64,000 nt of DNA from Eledone cirrhosa (GCA_964016885.1 OZ024744.1:91512001-91576000); one strand, 5' to 3'; counted from the stretch's first letter, positions 41,101 through 53,714 are shown. The notes: generated by a model not told the origin, from the letters alone. Program-made: numbers and translations.

Positions 41101-42170
41101 TCACTGTGTTGTCCAACATGACCATTTAGGTCGCCACCAATAATAAGTAGTCACTGTTGGTTATTTGGGAGGTAGTGAACATTAGCGACTCATAGAACCT
41201 GTCCTTTATAACATCAGGTAGACCAGATTGGGGTGCATAAGCGGATATTATTGTCACAGTAGTTCTATTTAGAACTAGTCTTAATTCAATTATTCTGTCA
41301 TTCACTCTATTTACATCAATTACCTTATCTACCCATTTTTCAGCTAACATAATTCCTACACCACCCTGTCCGTTGTCATTCCCCAGCCAGAAAAGTTTAT
41401 AGCATCGTTTTTTTACCCACAATGAATCTGGCGGACCCCCCTCTCCACCTGGTCTCTTGAATACAACAAACATCAACTTCTTTACGTTCAAGCATCTCTA
41501 CAACCTCATTTGAGCGACCTTACAATGTGCCCACGTTTATGGTACCAACTCTGAAGTTGGGAGGGTGGGATGGATGGGTTGGAGATGCAGGGAGGGGTGT
41601 GGGAGACGGAATTCTGTTGGTCATCCGTGTCTGAAATAAAGAGGGGTCCTTGTATTCTCGTCTTGCAGCGGGAGGTGAATTTATCTTTATCTGTGACATT
41701 GTCATTGAGTGCTTAGACTTTCCAAATTTCCGCAGTCCACCCATCAAACAGGTCTAAACTTAAGGAGTAGTAACCGAGGTGGTAGCTTTGCTATACTGAT
41801 TTGTTAGAGAACTTACTAAAGCTGCTGAGTTATGATTGGACCATATAGCAATAGTGATATGTGGGGGTGGGAGGGCGGAAATGGGTAACTTTAGGAGAAG
41901 GTTAGTTTTTAGGAAGGGTCCAACAGATTGAGACATATTATTAATAACATGTAAAATAATAATTGAAAATCCGAGAGGAAAATGGAGAATTTGAATTTTA
42001 GACTGGCATAAATAGGAGTTAAAAACACTGCTTATTGAGAAGACTATGAATAAAAGAAAAGACAAGTATTGCTTACATTCTCAAAATTGACAGATCGCCC
42101 GTAAGATAGATTATGTAGATAAATTCTGTCCTTGGGAACCAGCAAGATTTATTTTATACTTGTGATCAGG
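38139..42170 (-). mobile_element. RTE-clade LINE copy 2, full length, inactivated
   Basis: ORF pieces 41520-41747, 41126-41491, 40581-40946, 40182-40538, 39511-40242, 38923-39468 and 38521-38874 are collinear APE-RT; ~380-bp 3' UTR; (GAT)n tail; 5' boundary approximate. Confidence 0.95.
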
Positions 42171-42325
42171 CGGGGGATATATATATATATATATGCAAAA
42201 GTTCTATTTAAAATTGTTGGGATACAACAAGTAAATATTTTATAACTGATATAAAGCACTTGACAAGTTTTTGGAGTAGATATACGATATTAAATAAATG
42301 GAAACTATATTTATAAAACCATATT

Positions 42326-42390
42326 TATTTCATTATACATATTTCAGGGATACCAAATTAAAATATGGTATGCCTTCATCAGACAAAATA
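42326..42390 (-). ncRNA. Hammerhead motif family A (left arm)
   Basis: Reverse complement of 42548-42612. Confidence 0.7.
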
Positions 42391-42547
42391 CAATATATAA
42401 ACAGTTTTATAAATAATTTTGACGTACCCCATTAGATGCAACCATTATTTTTGGAAGCTGTCTGGATGACTATCCAGACAGCTTCCAAAAATAATGGTTG
42501 CATCTATGGGGTACGTCAAAATTATTTATAAAACTGTTTATATATTG

Positions 42548-42612
42548 TATTTTGTCTGATGAAGGCATACCATATTTTAATTTGGTATCCCTGAAATATG
42601 TATAATGAAATA
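42548..42612 (+). ncRNA. Hammerhead motif family A (right arm)
   Basis: tattttgt-CTGATGA-aggcatacca..tggtatccct-GAAA-TATGTA-TA-atgaaata. Confidence 0.7.
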
Positions 42613-43609
42613 AATATGGTTTTATAAATATAGTTTCCATTTATTTAATATCGTATATATATGAAGATATATATATATATATTTTATATATATATTTATT
42701 TTATTCTATCTTATTTTATTTTAAAAACCTTTTTTATAATTATTTTAATTTAATTTAATTTTATTAATACATTTTTACACTTCTTAATCCAAGTTTTAGT
42801 ATTTAAACCCAATATAAAATAATATACCCAGTTTCTATATTTTAGACCTCTAATATTTGAATACCATCTATAATATTCGCACATACACCTCATCAATTTA
42901 TTTTTTAGCCGTTATTTACAGCTGTTTTCAATTTGACAGCGTTCCTGATCAAAAGTCTCTCTCTCTCTCTCTTTCTCTCTCTTCCTTCTTTCTTTTTTCT
43001 TCTCTATTTCTTTTTCCCTTTTCTTCATTTTTCCTATTTTTCTCATACTCTTATATTTTTGTCATATGTAATTGAACACTTTCTTGTTGACAAGTGTTTT
43101 TAGTCCTCTAGACATCAATTAAGATATATAGATTAGATATGTTGAGGAACTTAAAAAATCGTTGGACGAGAGAGAAGATATTCCCTCTAAGTTAAAATAA
43201 TTTTTTTTACATTGTAAAAGAGTTTTCTTCCTTTTGTTTACATTGTCCGTAAATTATATTAGCTTGCAAAAAAATATATATAAAATATAGATTAATAAAT
43301 AATAATTAATAGTTTAATAGTACATTAAACTTAAACTATATATATTAGAATAATTAAGTATTGAAGTAAATATAAATATAACCCTTCATTAAGTGAAATA
43401 AAGTTTATGGAGATTAAATATAACCACATGTAGATTTAAAAAAATAAATGAAACTAAAAAAAAATAACGAAGTTTCACAAAGTTTAATTTTGAATTAATT
43501 TAGATGATAAATGAACAAAATATTATATATTGATGTGGATGTATGCATGTTTAATACATTTTAATACATATTTAATAAGCATTAAAGATAAAATGTTTAA
43601 TGTTGTATT

Positions 43610-44000
43610 ATAATTGTTTCTACTTTTGGCACAAGGCCAGCAATTACACAGTGTATTACTGGTACTTTATTTTATCTACCCTCGTAAGGATGAAAGGCAA
43701 AGTTAACCTCGGCGGGATTTGAACTCAGCCTGTGCTGCAAAGCATGGCGTCCGACCCTAATGTTAAATAGAATATCTTACCTTATAATAAAACATTGTTA
43801 TAATCTAGAATGAATTAAATTAAATTAAATTAATTTAAGCATATAAATTTGTAATGAACTCAAATATTCGATTACCGTAGAAATTAATCTATGCCTAATA
43901 ATTGTTTCTACTTTTGGCACAAGGCCAGCAATTATCCAGTGCATTACTGGTACTTTATTTTATCGACCCCGTAAGGATGAAAAGCAAAGTTAACCTCGAT
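43610..44000 (-). mobile_element. Two partial SINE S1 copies (43610-43760, 43898-44000)
   Basis: Reverse complement of the S1 core and tail. Confidence 0.8.
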
Positions 44001-44971
44001 GCCTAATAATCTAGATATATTATAAACTTATAATTAACTAAAGCGTAATCCAGTATAAGCGGCATTCACTGATAAATAATATGAATAATTTTTGAATTTT
44101 TTTGTCTTGGATTTGAATACGTGATTTTTTATTCTCTCCTTTTCTTTATCCTTTCCTTTTCCTTTTCTTCTTTTCTTTATTTCCCTTCTTTTCTCTCCAC
44201 ATCTTCCCTTTTCTTCATTTCTTTATTTCGCTTCCTCTTCCTTCCCATCTTCCCTTTCAACTCCCCTTCTATATTTCTACCTTGCTTGACTTCTTTAAGT
44301 TTGTCATATTATTTGTGGTATATAAATGTTGGGGGTTGGGGAAATAACTTACTGCTACTACAGGAATTGAAGTTTCAAGACCTTAGCAGTATGTTACATA
44401 TCTGCTGGCCTATTAGGCACACTTTTTTTCCCTGCCCCCCAAAATCATATAAAAATATAAAATATCTTCTCTGCATCCAATGCATCCGTATCACTGATGG
44501 GAGAGCAAACGGAAGGCGAGGACAAACAGAGTTAAAAAGATTTTCCAGACTTATTTACCCAAATTTATTGTAATGGTATTTTGATGTTTGCTTTGTGTGT
44601 GTTTTGCTGATATACAAGAATTTGCTTATCTCTAGGTATTAATAACAGTAGATTTCACTTTAGATATTGTGGACTTAGTAAGTGTGCAGATGATGTACGA
44701 CAAAAAAAACAATGAAATAATTTTATAATAAATTTATGAAGAAATGTATAAAAAATTCTGTATTGTTATATTTGGGGAGGGTCATATTGTTATAATATTG
44801 CAGAAAAATATAATAAAACACACTCACTGTTTGGTTTGTATTGATTTTCGCTTCTGTATATTTTGTATCCCTATTGTTAATTTAACTGGTAATCAATGTT
44901 TATCATTGATTGACCAACAGTTAAAAATATTGTGTCACAGGTGTTGAAAGAACTTTGATAGTCTATATATA

Positions 44972-45127
44972 TCATCATCATCATCATCATCATCGTTTAA
45001 CGTCCATCTTCCACGCTAGCATGGGTTTGGACGGGAATTGTCCCACTTGAGGCAAGATTGGTTGTCTTGCTCGTATAGGACTGTCTGGCGGGTTTTCTAC
45101 GGCTGGATGCCCTTCCTAACACCAACA
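44972..45127 (-). mobile_element. Short RTE 3' end
   Basis: RTE tail and UTR motif ggatgcccttcctaacaccaac. Confidence 0.85.
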
Positions 45128-45680
45128 GTTAAAAATACAAATATAAATATAGTTTCTCAGAGTTCTTTCAGTGATGTTTCCATGTTTCCTCCCATTGTAT
45201 TCTAAAATTCTTTTTTTATCAAAATGTCATTGTAAAACCAGGGGGCGTCTTACATGAAGAGGTGTCCTATAGGCCAGAAAATATGGAACATTTTTTAATA
45301 CAACTCTTACTCTCCAAACATAACACAATCATCTCTATTGCACACTATATCTAATATCTCATACTCAGCTTTTCCCTCATCTCACTTCTGCTCTATTGTT
45401 AATGCACACTAATATTGGTTTTTGATTTAGGCACAAGGTCAACAATTTTGAGAAGCATTATATAATCTGATCTTTCCTCTGAGTGAGGAGTTCTTTGTTG
45501 CCAGCAGAGGTAACAACCCTTAGAACTTCTTTCACTCTGTTCTCACACCTGGACCACAAAACCTGTACGCCCAACTCTGCTACTAATGAGGTCGCTTAGA
45601 TAGTAAAAGCTGTCCACTTCTAGTGAACCAGTTCAATTTATTTCTTGAGTGCCCTTACTGATGATTACTCCTGTGTACGT

Positions 45681-45909
45681 GAAAAGGAATTGGTAAAAAA
45701 CCCCCACCTCATTTGATGTACCCAGTGTGTGCAATGGATGCACAAGAGATGTAGAAGGATCACAATTAGGTTGATAGAAAAGGTAGACTTTATATGAGAC
45801 AGGTGTACAGGTGTTCTATCAACCTAACTGCCATCCTTCTATATCTCGTGTGAATCCATTGTATACACTGTGTGCATCATATGAGGGTTTTTTTACCAAT
45901 TCCTTTTCT
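45681..45909. repeat. Diverged fold-back made from the RTE PHD-coding segment
   Basis: Arms 45681-45778 / 45814-45909; left arm translates RKGIGK..CTQCVQWMHKRC..I..RL.EKVDFI. Confidence 0.75.
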
Positions 45910-45916
45910 GTATGTT

Positions 45917-46197
45917 AAAGTAAAGTAAAGTCTGTCTCGAGCTCATCGGGCCAGTGTTTATACCGGTTCCGTGGGGTTAAGTGACTGAGAGTACAAGACT
46001 TTCCACTGGACAGGATGACAGTCCATCACAGAGTTAAACCCCCAGTTATTGCTGGTACTCATTTTCAGCTGCGTATACTGGAGCAACATGAAATGAAGTG
46101 TTTTAGTTCAGAACACAACAAACAACCCGGGCCAGGAATTGAACCCATGACATTATGATTGTAAGTTCAACACTCTTACCACTAGACCACACACCTC
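45917..46197 (-). mobile_element. tRNA-derived V-domain-like SINE
   Basis: Box A tggtctagtgg, box B ggttcaattcc, gatggactgtcatcctgtccag..aaccggtataaac, (ACTTT)n tail. Confidence 0.7.
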
Positions 46198-46878
46198 TCA
46201 CTGTATATTGAGCACAGATATTTCCCTGGTGGTAGCAGAATCTTACCCTCTGTCCTATTTACAAAATCTTTAATCTTTACTAGGTTTTAATTTAAGACCT
46301 TTCAATACCAGATTTTATCTTTGTGTCTGGAACCTTTTTAACTCAAGAATTACAAGACATATTGAGTTACAGTAACACACAACAGTTTTATTAGTTTCAC
46401 GCTTGTCGGAAAAGGAAAAATGAATATTTTAGTGTATCAGATGTTAGTCCTTCATCAGAAATGAGCAAAGATGGGAGAAAGAGAGGATTTTAAGAAAAAA
46501 GTAAATAAATAAAAGTCTTATCAAGATGGGTGAGGGGGTCAGGCAAATGCACTCTATACTCTCATACATAAGTTACACCTATTTTTACATGAAAATATGA
46601 AGTAAAAACCAGTATACGACTTATCTAACCACATCTACAAAACTTCAATATACAAAAAATATGGTACATTGCTTTTGCTTATAGATGCCAAAAGTAGTGT
46701 GACGTTATCTGAACATACTTTAAATAGTCCTCTTTAAATAGCACAAATATTTTTTATTAATATTCATAATTAGTCAGTAAATAAAAACAGTATAACATTT
46801 ATAAGAACATTTCTATTAGAAAAACATTGCATTACAGTATTATATATATATATATATATATAAATATATATATATTGA

Positions 46879-46914
<36 letters not shown>

Positions 46915-46917
46915 CTA

Positions 46918-47240
<323 letters not shown>

Positions 47241-47271
47241 GTATATATATTGTATATATATATATATATAA

Positions 47272-47610
47272 ATGGAGGCACATGGCTTAATGGTTAGAGC
47301 ATTGGCCTTGCAATCGAAAGGTTGTGAGTTCAATTCTCAGACTTGTTGTTTCCTTGAGCAAGACACTTTATTTCACATTGCTCCAGTTTACTCAGCTGTA
47401 GAAATGAGATGATAGGGACTGGGGTCCCTATCATTCCACTGCAAAGTGGTCGTGGAGGTGCCACGGCAAAAAAGCACCCAGCACTCACTGTAAATGAGGT
47501 TGGTGTTAGGGAGGGCATCCAGCTGTAGAAATCAAGCCAGAATCAGTTCCCTTGCTAGCAGGGAAAAGCGGACGTAAAATGAAATGATGATGATGATGAT
47601 GATGATGATG

Positions 47611-47611
<1 letters not shown>
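47272..47611 (+). mobile_element. Composite: tRNA SINE head + RTE copy-3 3' UTR + copy-1-type tail
   Basis: tggcttaatgg / gagttcaattc boxes; 47436-47550 matches 57057-57221 (one unit shorter); tail cttgctagcagggaaaagcggacgtaaaatga. Confidence 0.7.
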
Positions 47612-47646
<35 letters not shown>

Positions 47647-47779
47647 CTGATGGTAGCTAAGATGCTTCCATAGGCGGTATGCCGGTTGAGCACTCTATGC
47701 TCTTACAGAGCAGAGTATGATATAATATAAACTGATTTTTCGTTTTATATTATATATATATATTGTATATATATATATT

Positions 47780-47892
47780 GTATAGTAATATTAATAAATT
47801 TGAAGACTAAAATCCAAAGTTTCAGAAGATCCCGTTAAGGGTGAAAGCAGCGATTCTTTGCTTAAACTTTAATCTGTTATTTTAATAAATAT
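47780..47892 (+). repeat. Unclassified AT-rich repeat family F (also 58040-58200 + and 34180-34308 -)
   Basis: aataaatttgaagactaaaatccaaag...gattctttgcttaaactttaatct in three places. Confidence 0.8.
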
Positions 47893-48357
47893 ATATATTG
47901 TATATCATCAATATATATATTGTATATCATCATCATCATCATCATCATTTCATTTTACGTCATTTTACGAGTTAACTTCAACAGTACGTCCTCATCAGAT
48001 AAAATAAGATGATGCATGACATACCCCGACATAGTAGATGGTTAAGATTCAGTCATGGTAGTGAGTAATATATGACAAAACTCAATATTTATATACCTTA
48101 ATATTGAGAACATGAGAAAAATATATAATACATACAATAGAGAGGGTGAGTATATATATATATATTGTATATATATATATATATATATACAATATGGTTT
48201 TATAAATATAGTTTCCATTTGTTAATATCGTATTTTTACTCCAAATATTTGTTGAGTGCTTTATATCAGTTATAAAAATATTTGCTTGTTGTATCCCAAC
48301 AATTTAAATAGAACTTTTACATATATATTGTATATATATATATAATATATATATATA

Positions 48358-48812
48358 ATCATCATCATCATCATTTTATGTCCGCTTTTCCCTGCTTGCA
48401 AGGGTTGGACGGGTCCTATTCAGCACAATCCTTTGTCATCTCCTCGGTGAGTTTCAGTGATCTGAGGTCAGCTTTCACAAACTCCACCCATGATTTTCAT
48501 GGTCTTCCTCTACTGTGTCTTCCTTCCACTGGGATTTCTTGGCACTTCTTTATCCAGCGGTCATCCTCCATGCGCATCACATGTCCATACCATCTCAGCC
48601 TTCTCTCCTGCACACCACAACTTATCCCTCTTATACTCAGTTTCTTTCTCAACTCGTCCATGCTGGGTCGTTCACGCACATTGACATTGCACATCCAACG
48701 GAGCATACTTGCTTCATTTCTCTCCAGCCGTCGCATATCTTCTGCAGTTGCTGCCCATGTCTCACTACCATACAGCATCATGCATCTCACACAGGCATCA
48801 TATAACCGTCCT
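48358..48812 (-). mobile_element. RTE 3' fragment (copy-1 family)
   Basis: YGSETWAATAEDMRRLERNEASMLRWMC...RGRP. Confidence 0.9.
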
Positions 48813-48907
48813 TATAATATATATATATATAATATATATATATATATAATATATATATATATCATAGATTGAGTTAAAAAAATATATATATATATAATAT
48901 ATATATA

Positions 48908-51900
48908 TCATCATCATCATCATCATCACCGTTTTACGTCCGTTCTTCCACGCTAGCATGGGTTAGACGGGTTGTCCTGTTGTGGGCAGTGTCTGGTCGG
49001 CTGACCATGCCTTGCTCATACAGGAACTGATCTGGCTTGATTTCTACAGCTGGATGCCCTTCCTAACACCAACCTCATTTACAGTGAGTGCTGGGTGCTT
49101 TTTCTGGCGCCTACACGTCCACTTTACAGTGTGGGCTGGGTGCTTTTTTGCCGTGGCACCTCCACGACCACCTTGCGGTGGGGGGAGTGGGGGCATATTG
49201 TTTATATGCTTCAGCATGTACCCATGGGAGGTCGGGTACCCTGTATTACTGCATGACGCCAGAAGTCACGGTCGTGTGTCATTGACTTTGAGAGGTGTAG
49301 TTGGGTAAGGTCGGCTTTTATCACCTCATCCCAAGTCATCTTGGGTCTCCCCACTCCGCGGTTTCCATCAACTTCTAGTGCTCTGCACCTTTTTATGCAG
49401 CTGTCATCCTTCATACGCATCACATGTCCATACCAGCATAACCGCCTCTCCTGCACGCAGCATTTGATTCCTCTTATGCTCAGTCTCTCTCTCAATTCCT
49501 TTATGCTTTGTCGTTCACGTATATTACTGTTACACATCCATCGGAGCATGCAGGCTTCGTTTCTCTCTAATCTACGTAAGTCTTCCACCTTCAGCGCCCA
49601 GGTCTCACTACCATGCAACATCGCTGTTCGGATACACGCATCATACAGTCTGCCTTTCATTCTGAGGGAGAAGCCTTTTGCAGCTAGCAGTGGTAGTAGT
49701 TCCCTAAACTTCTTCCATCCTGTTCTTACCCTAGTTATTGTACTTTCTGAGCACCCACCTCCGTTGCTAATTCGGTCACCTAGGTAGCAGAAGCTGTCTA
49801 CTGTTTCTACAGGGCCCTCCCAGAGATTGGTGGTACTTGTTTCCTGTGGCTGTTTGCTTGCTGTTTCAGCACAGCTGCTGCATGTGAATCCTACATTCTT
49901 AATTAAGCTTCCTGAGATCCCGCTACATCTCTTGTGTACCCATTGTTTGCATTTGGGGCAGAGAATGGAGTTCCTACCTACACCTTTCCTACATACTGAG
50001 CAAGGCTATTTCCCTGAGGGGATCTGGGTTCTGTTTTCTCGTCTACTTATAAGGACCTTAGTCTTTGTCATGTTGACTTTGAGGCCCTTTCTCTCTAGTC
50101 CCTGCTTCCAGGTTTGGAATTTATTCTCTAGTTCTACCATAGATTCAGCTATGAGTGCGAGGTCATCAGCATACAGGAGTTCCCATGGGCATCCGGTCTT
50201 AAACTCCTCTGTTATTGCCTGCAGGACTATGATGAACAGGAGAGGGCTAAGAACAGAGCCCTGGTGGACCCCAACCTGTACGCTAAATTCCTCGCTATAC
50301 TCATTGCTAATCCTAACTTTGCTGACTGCTCCCCTATACATGGCTTGTACCGCTTTCACAAGCCATTCATCTACTCCTAGTTTTCTAAGAGCCCACCAGA
50401 TTACTGCACGTGGAACTCTGTCAAAGGCTTTCTCAAGGTCGACAAATGCCAAGTAGAGTGGCTTACTTTTAGCTAGGTACTTTTCCTGTAATTGCCTCAC
50501 AAGGAAGAGGGCATCAGTGGTGCCTTTCCCTGGTACAAACCCAAATTGCATCTCGTCTATATTCACCCGGTCCCTAATCAGCTGTGCTATAACTCTTTCT
50601 GTTACTTTCATGACCTGGTCCATCAACTTTATACCTCTATAGTTTCCTCTATCTAGTGCATCGCCTTTACCTTTGTAGCAGTTGACAATGATGCTACTGC
50701 ACCAATCTTTTGGTATGGCCCCCTCTAGTATTACCTGGTTAACGATACGTGTGGTTATAGTGTGACCTACAGACCCAGATGCCTTCAGCATCTCGGCAGC
50801 TATACCCGATGGACCGGTTGCCTTCCCTATCTTCATATCTCTGATTGCCTTACTTACTACGCTGCCGCTGACTTGTACTGCTGGTCCCTCTATAGGGTCT
50901 ACGTGGGGTAGGGTCTCTTCTTCCCATGCATTCTCTTCATTTAGTAATCTATCATAATGACTCTTCCATGCATCTTTCTTCTCAGCACTTGTGAGGGCAA
51001 GCTCACCTTTATCATTCCGGATACACTTCTCTCCAATGACATCACAACTATCTCTGACACACTGCCTCGCAATCTTGAATACCTCCTGTTTCTGGTCCTC
51101 ACGTTGTAAAACATGCTTGAATTTTCTATCCTCTGCTTCCCTCCTAGCTAAGTATACTTGTCGCCTAGCATCCCTCTTGGTCTCTATGTAATGTACCCTG
51201 CTCCCCCCGTTCTTCCATTCTTTCCATGCCTGTCTCTTGGCCTTGACTGCTTCATCTACCTTATTGTTCCACCACCAAGTCACTCTCCTCCTGCTTGAGG
51301 TCTTACTCCAGCCACAAACCTCATCCGTCGCCTCTAGTAAGTTATTTTTTAGGAACTCCCAGTTCTCTTCTACGTTAAATGTCTGTATCTGTTCTTCTTT
51401 ACTGTCGTAGGCGTTGAGTAAAATATCTTTAAATCTGTTACTGGTTGAGGGGACTTTCAGCTTCCAGATCTTTCTTCTCCAGGTTGGCCTCTGTTTCAGG
51501 GCTCGTCTAGTTCTGACCGTGAGGTCGCTGACAACTAAGCTATGTTGGGATGTACATTCCTCACTAGGGAAGGCTTTTGTGTTTACGACCGTCCATCTGT
51601 CACGTCCTCTGATGAGGATAAAATCTAACTGACTAGAGTGCTCCCCTGATCTATAGGTGATCAGGTGGTTGTCGGGTTTTTTAAAGTTTGTGTTACATAT
51701 CGACATGTCATTGGCGTCGCAGAATTCTAGAAGTCTGAATCCTTCCTCATTCCTTGTGCCAACTCCATGGCCTCCATGTACTCTATTGAAGTCGTCGCAG
51801 TGTTTACCTACGTGTCCGTTAAAATCTCCTGCAATGATTAGGAAGTCCTTGTCGTCTGTTAGAGCAGTAGTGTGTATTAGGGACTCGTAAAACCTATCCT

Positions 51901-52700
51901 TAAGTTCGTCTGGCAGCCCCGATTGGGGTGCGTAAGCTGATATTATTGTGGTAATTGTCTTATTCAGGACTAGTCTGAGTTTAATGATTCTTGCATTTAC
52001 CCTGTACACTGAGATTACTTTATCTACCCACTTGTCAGCTAATAGTATACCTACACCACCCATCCCATCGTCATTTCCCACCCAGAAATATTTGTAGCAC
52101 TGGCTTTTTCCTACAAGGGCTCTAGCAGACCCTCCTCTCCATCTAGTCTCTTGCACACAGCATACATCAACTTCCTTTCGCTCTAGCATTTCTACGATTT
52201 CTCCTGCTCTTCCTTTCATTGAGCCTACATTGATGGTACCAACTCGGAGTTTAGGGCATTTGTCGACACTCGTAGGGGAGGGTCTTTGGGTTGGCGCTTC
52301 ACGTGGGTGCTTGGTAGCTCGCAGATTCATATTTCATCTATTGATTCAGAGTTGCTCAAATGTATTCTCAGCTCATCCATCCATAACGGTGGGAAAATTG
52401 AGGGCTAGAAGAACAGTGGTGGTGGGGTAATGGCAGGGTGTGTTGGGATGCGCCAGAGGAGGAGAGAGTTAGTTAGGCAGGTAGTAGCAGCAGCAGTGGA
52501 AATGGCATGCTAGGTTTGATTGGTCGAATAGACTATGGTGGTGTGTGGGGGTGGGGGGAGGGAATGTGAGGTAGGAAGTGAGGGTCGCATGGTAAATAAC
52601 TGAGAGAGATACAATAGAATTAATACATAAATTATTAATTCGAGTATGTGTTAGTTTATCACCAACACTTTAGTATGCAGGGTAGAGCACTCAATGAAGT
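48908..52700 (-). mobile_element. RTE-clade LINE copy 3, full length, young
   Basis: Leader, long ORF, ~290-bp 3' UTR, (GAT)n tail abutting (TA)n; 5' boundary approximate. Confidence 0.95.
49211..52330 (-). CDS. APE endonuclease-reverse transcriptase polyprotein with PHD finger; one premature TAG at 50006-50008
   Basis: The 774-aa ORF (GDFNGH, DLEKAFDRVP, GVHQGSVLSP, YADD) is in frame with 49211-49660; the intervening 345 nt translate without stops. Confidence 0.9.
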
Positions 52701-52787
52701 ACACAAGTAGGTCTGTTTACTACAGAGTATATTTATAATCATGAAGTACAAGTCAACAGATTATAATTCACTTTGTTTATTCATAAT

Positions 52788-52848
52788 CGCTGTTATATAT
52801 ATTTCGGTAATAACTGTTATGCAACAGTTATCAACTCATCAGAGAGAT
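52788..52848 (-). ncRNA. Hammerhead motif family D (stem I degenerate)
   Basis: CTGATGA-gttgataactgtt-gcat-aacagttattacc-GAAA-TATATA-TA. Confidence 0.65.
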
Positions 52849-53010
52849 GTTTAGGGGTATTTTCACCAGACTTCCATGCTGTTACTGTTAATGGTAATTT
52901 GTTATTTTAACAGCTATTCCATGTGCTTGAGTTTCCAAATTTTTCTATGAAAATATATCATAATATTTCGTTTTTAATACTTTGATCAGAATTTTATCCA
53001 AATCTATGTA

Positions 53011-53440
53011 CTGTATGTATATACTTGAATATAAGTTGAATCAAATATAAGCTGACTCAAATATAAGTTTACTCTAATATAAGTCAAATTCAATATAAGC
53101 TGACTCAAATATAAGCTGTCTTGAATATAAGCTGACTTGAATATAACCTGACTCGAATATAAGCTAATTCGAGTATAAGCTAACTCGAATATAAGTTGAC
53201 TTGAATATAAGTTGACTCGAATATAAGTTGACTCGAATATAAGTTGACTCGAATATAAGCTGACTCGAATATAAGCTGACTCGAATATAAGCTGACTCGA
53301 ATATAAGCTGACTTGAATATAAGTTGACTTGAATATAAGTTGACTCAAATATAAACCAACTTGAATATAAACTGACCCTTCCCATTCTACCATTTATTTT
53401 TTGGTCTCTTATTCCTCAGCTTATATTCAAGTATATATTG
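53011..53440. mobile_element. Tc2/pogo-like MITE with a subterminal 16-bp motif expanded ~21 times
   Basis: Ends gtatatacttgaatataagttga / tcagcttatattcaagtatata; unit gaatataagctgactc. Confidence 0.65.
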
Positions 53441-53493
53441 TGAGTTTGATAAACACAGCCTCCTGTGACTTATGTGTGATTCAAGTACTTTAA

Positions 53494-53714
53494 CCCTTTA
53501 GCATTTAAACCGGCCATATCCGGCCAGAATTCTCTCAACTCTTCCTGTTCAAACTGGTCATAACTAGCCACTCATACTGATGTTAAGGTATTGTTCTCAA
53601 AATAAATAACATAAAAATTTCATAGATTCGATATTATGTGAGATTATTATGTAAGATAAAGCATTTACCACAAAAATACAATAGTATATATAGAGTTATG
53701 TAAATACTAACGGG
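53494..53714. mobile_element. piggyBac-like MITE
   Basis: TTAA-ccctttagcattt ... aaatactaacggg-TTAA. Confidence 0.65.

Larger units (their letters stand above)
42281..42657. repeat. Near-perfect palindrome (~187-bp arms, 4-nt spacer) of the family A repeat
   Basis: Centre tctggat-gact-atccaga at 42461-42478; the arms differ by a 1-nt indel. Confidence 0.95.

Noticed and set aside
47275-47345. tRNA gene
   Set aside because: A/B boxes are present, but there is no complete cloverleaf and the sequence continues into a SINE body
49341-50456. Plus-strand ORFs overlapping the RTEs
   Set aside because: Antisense shadows of the RT frame with no independent homology
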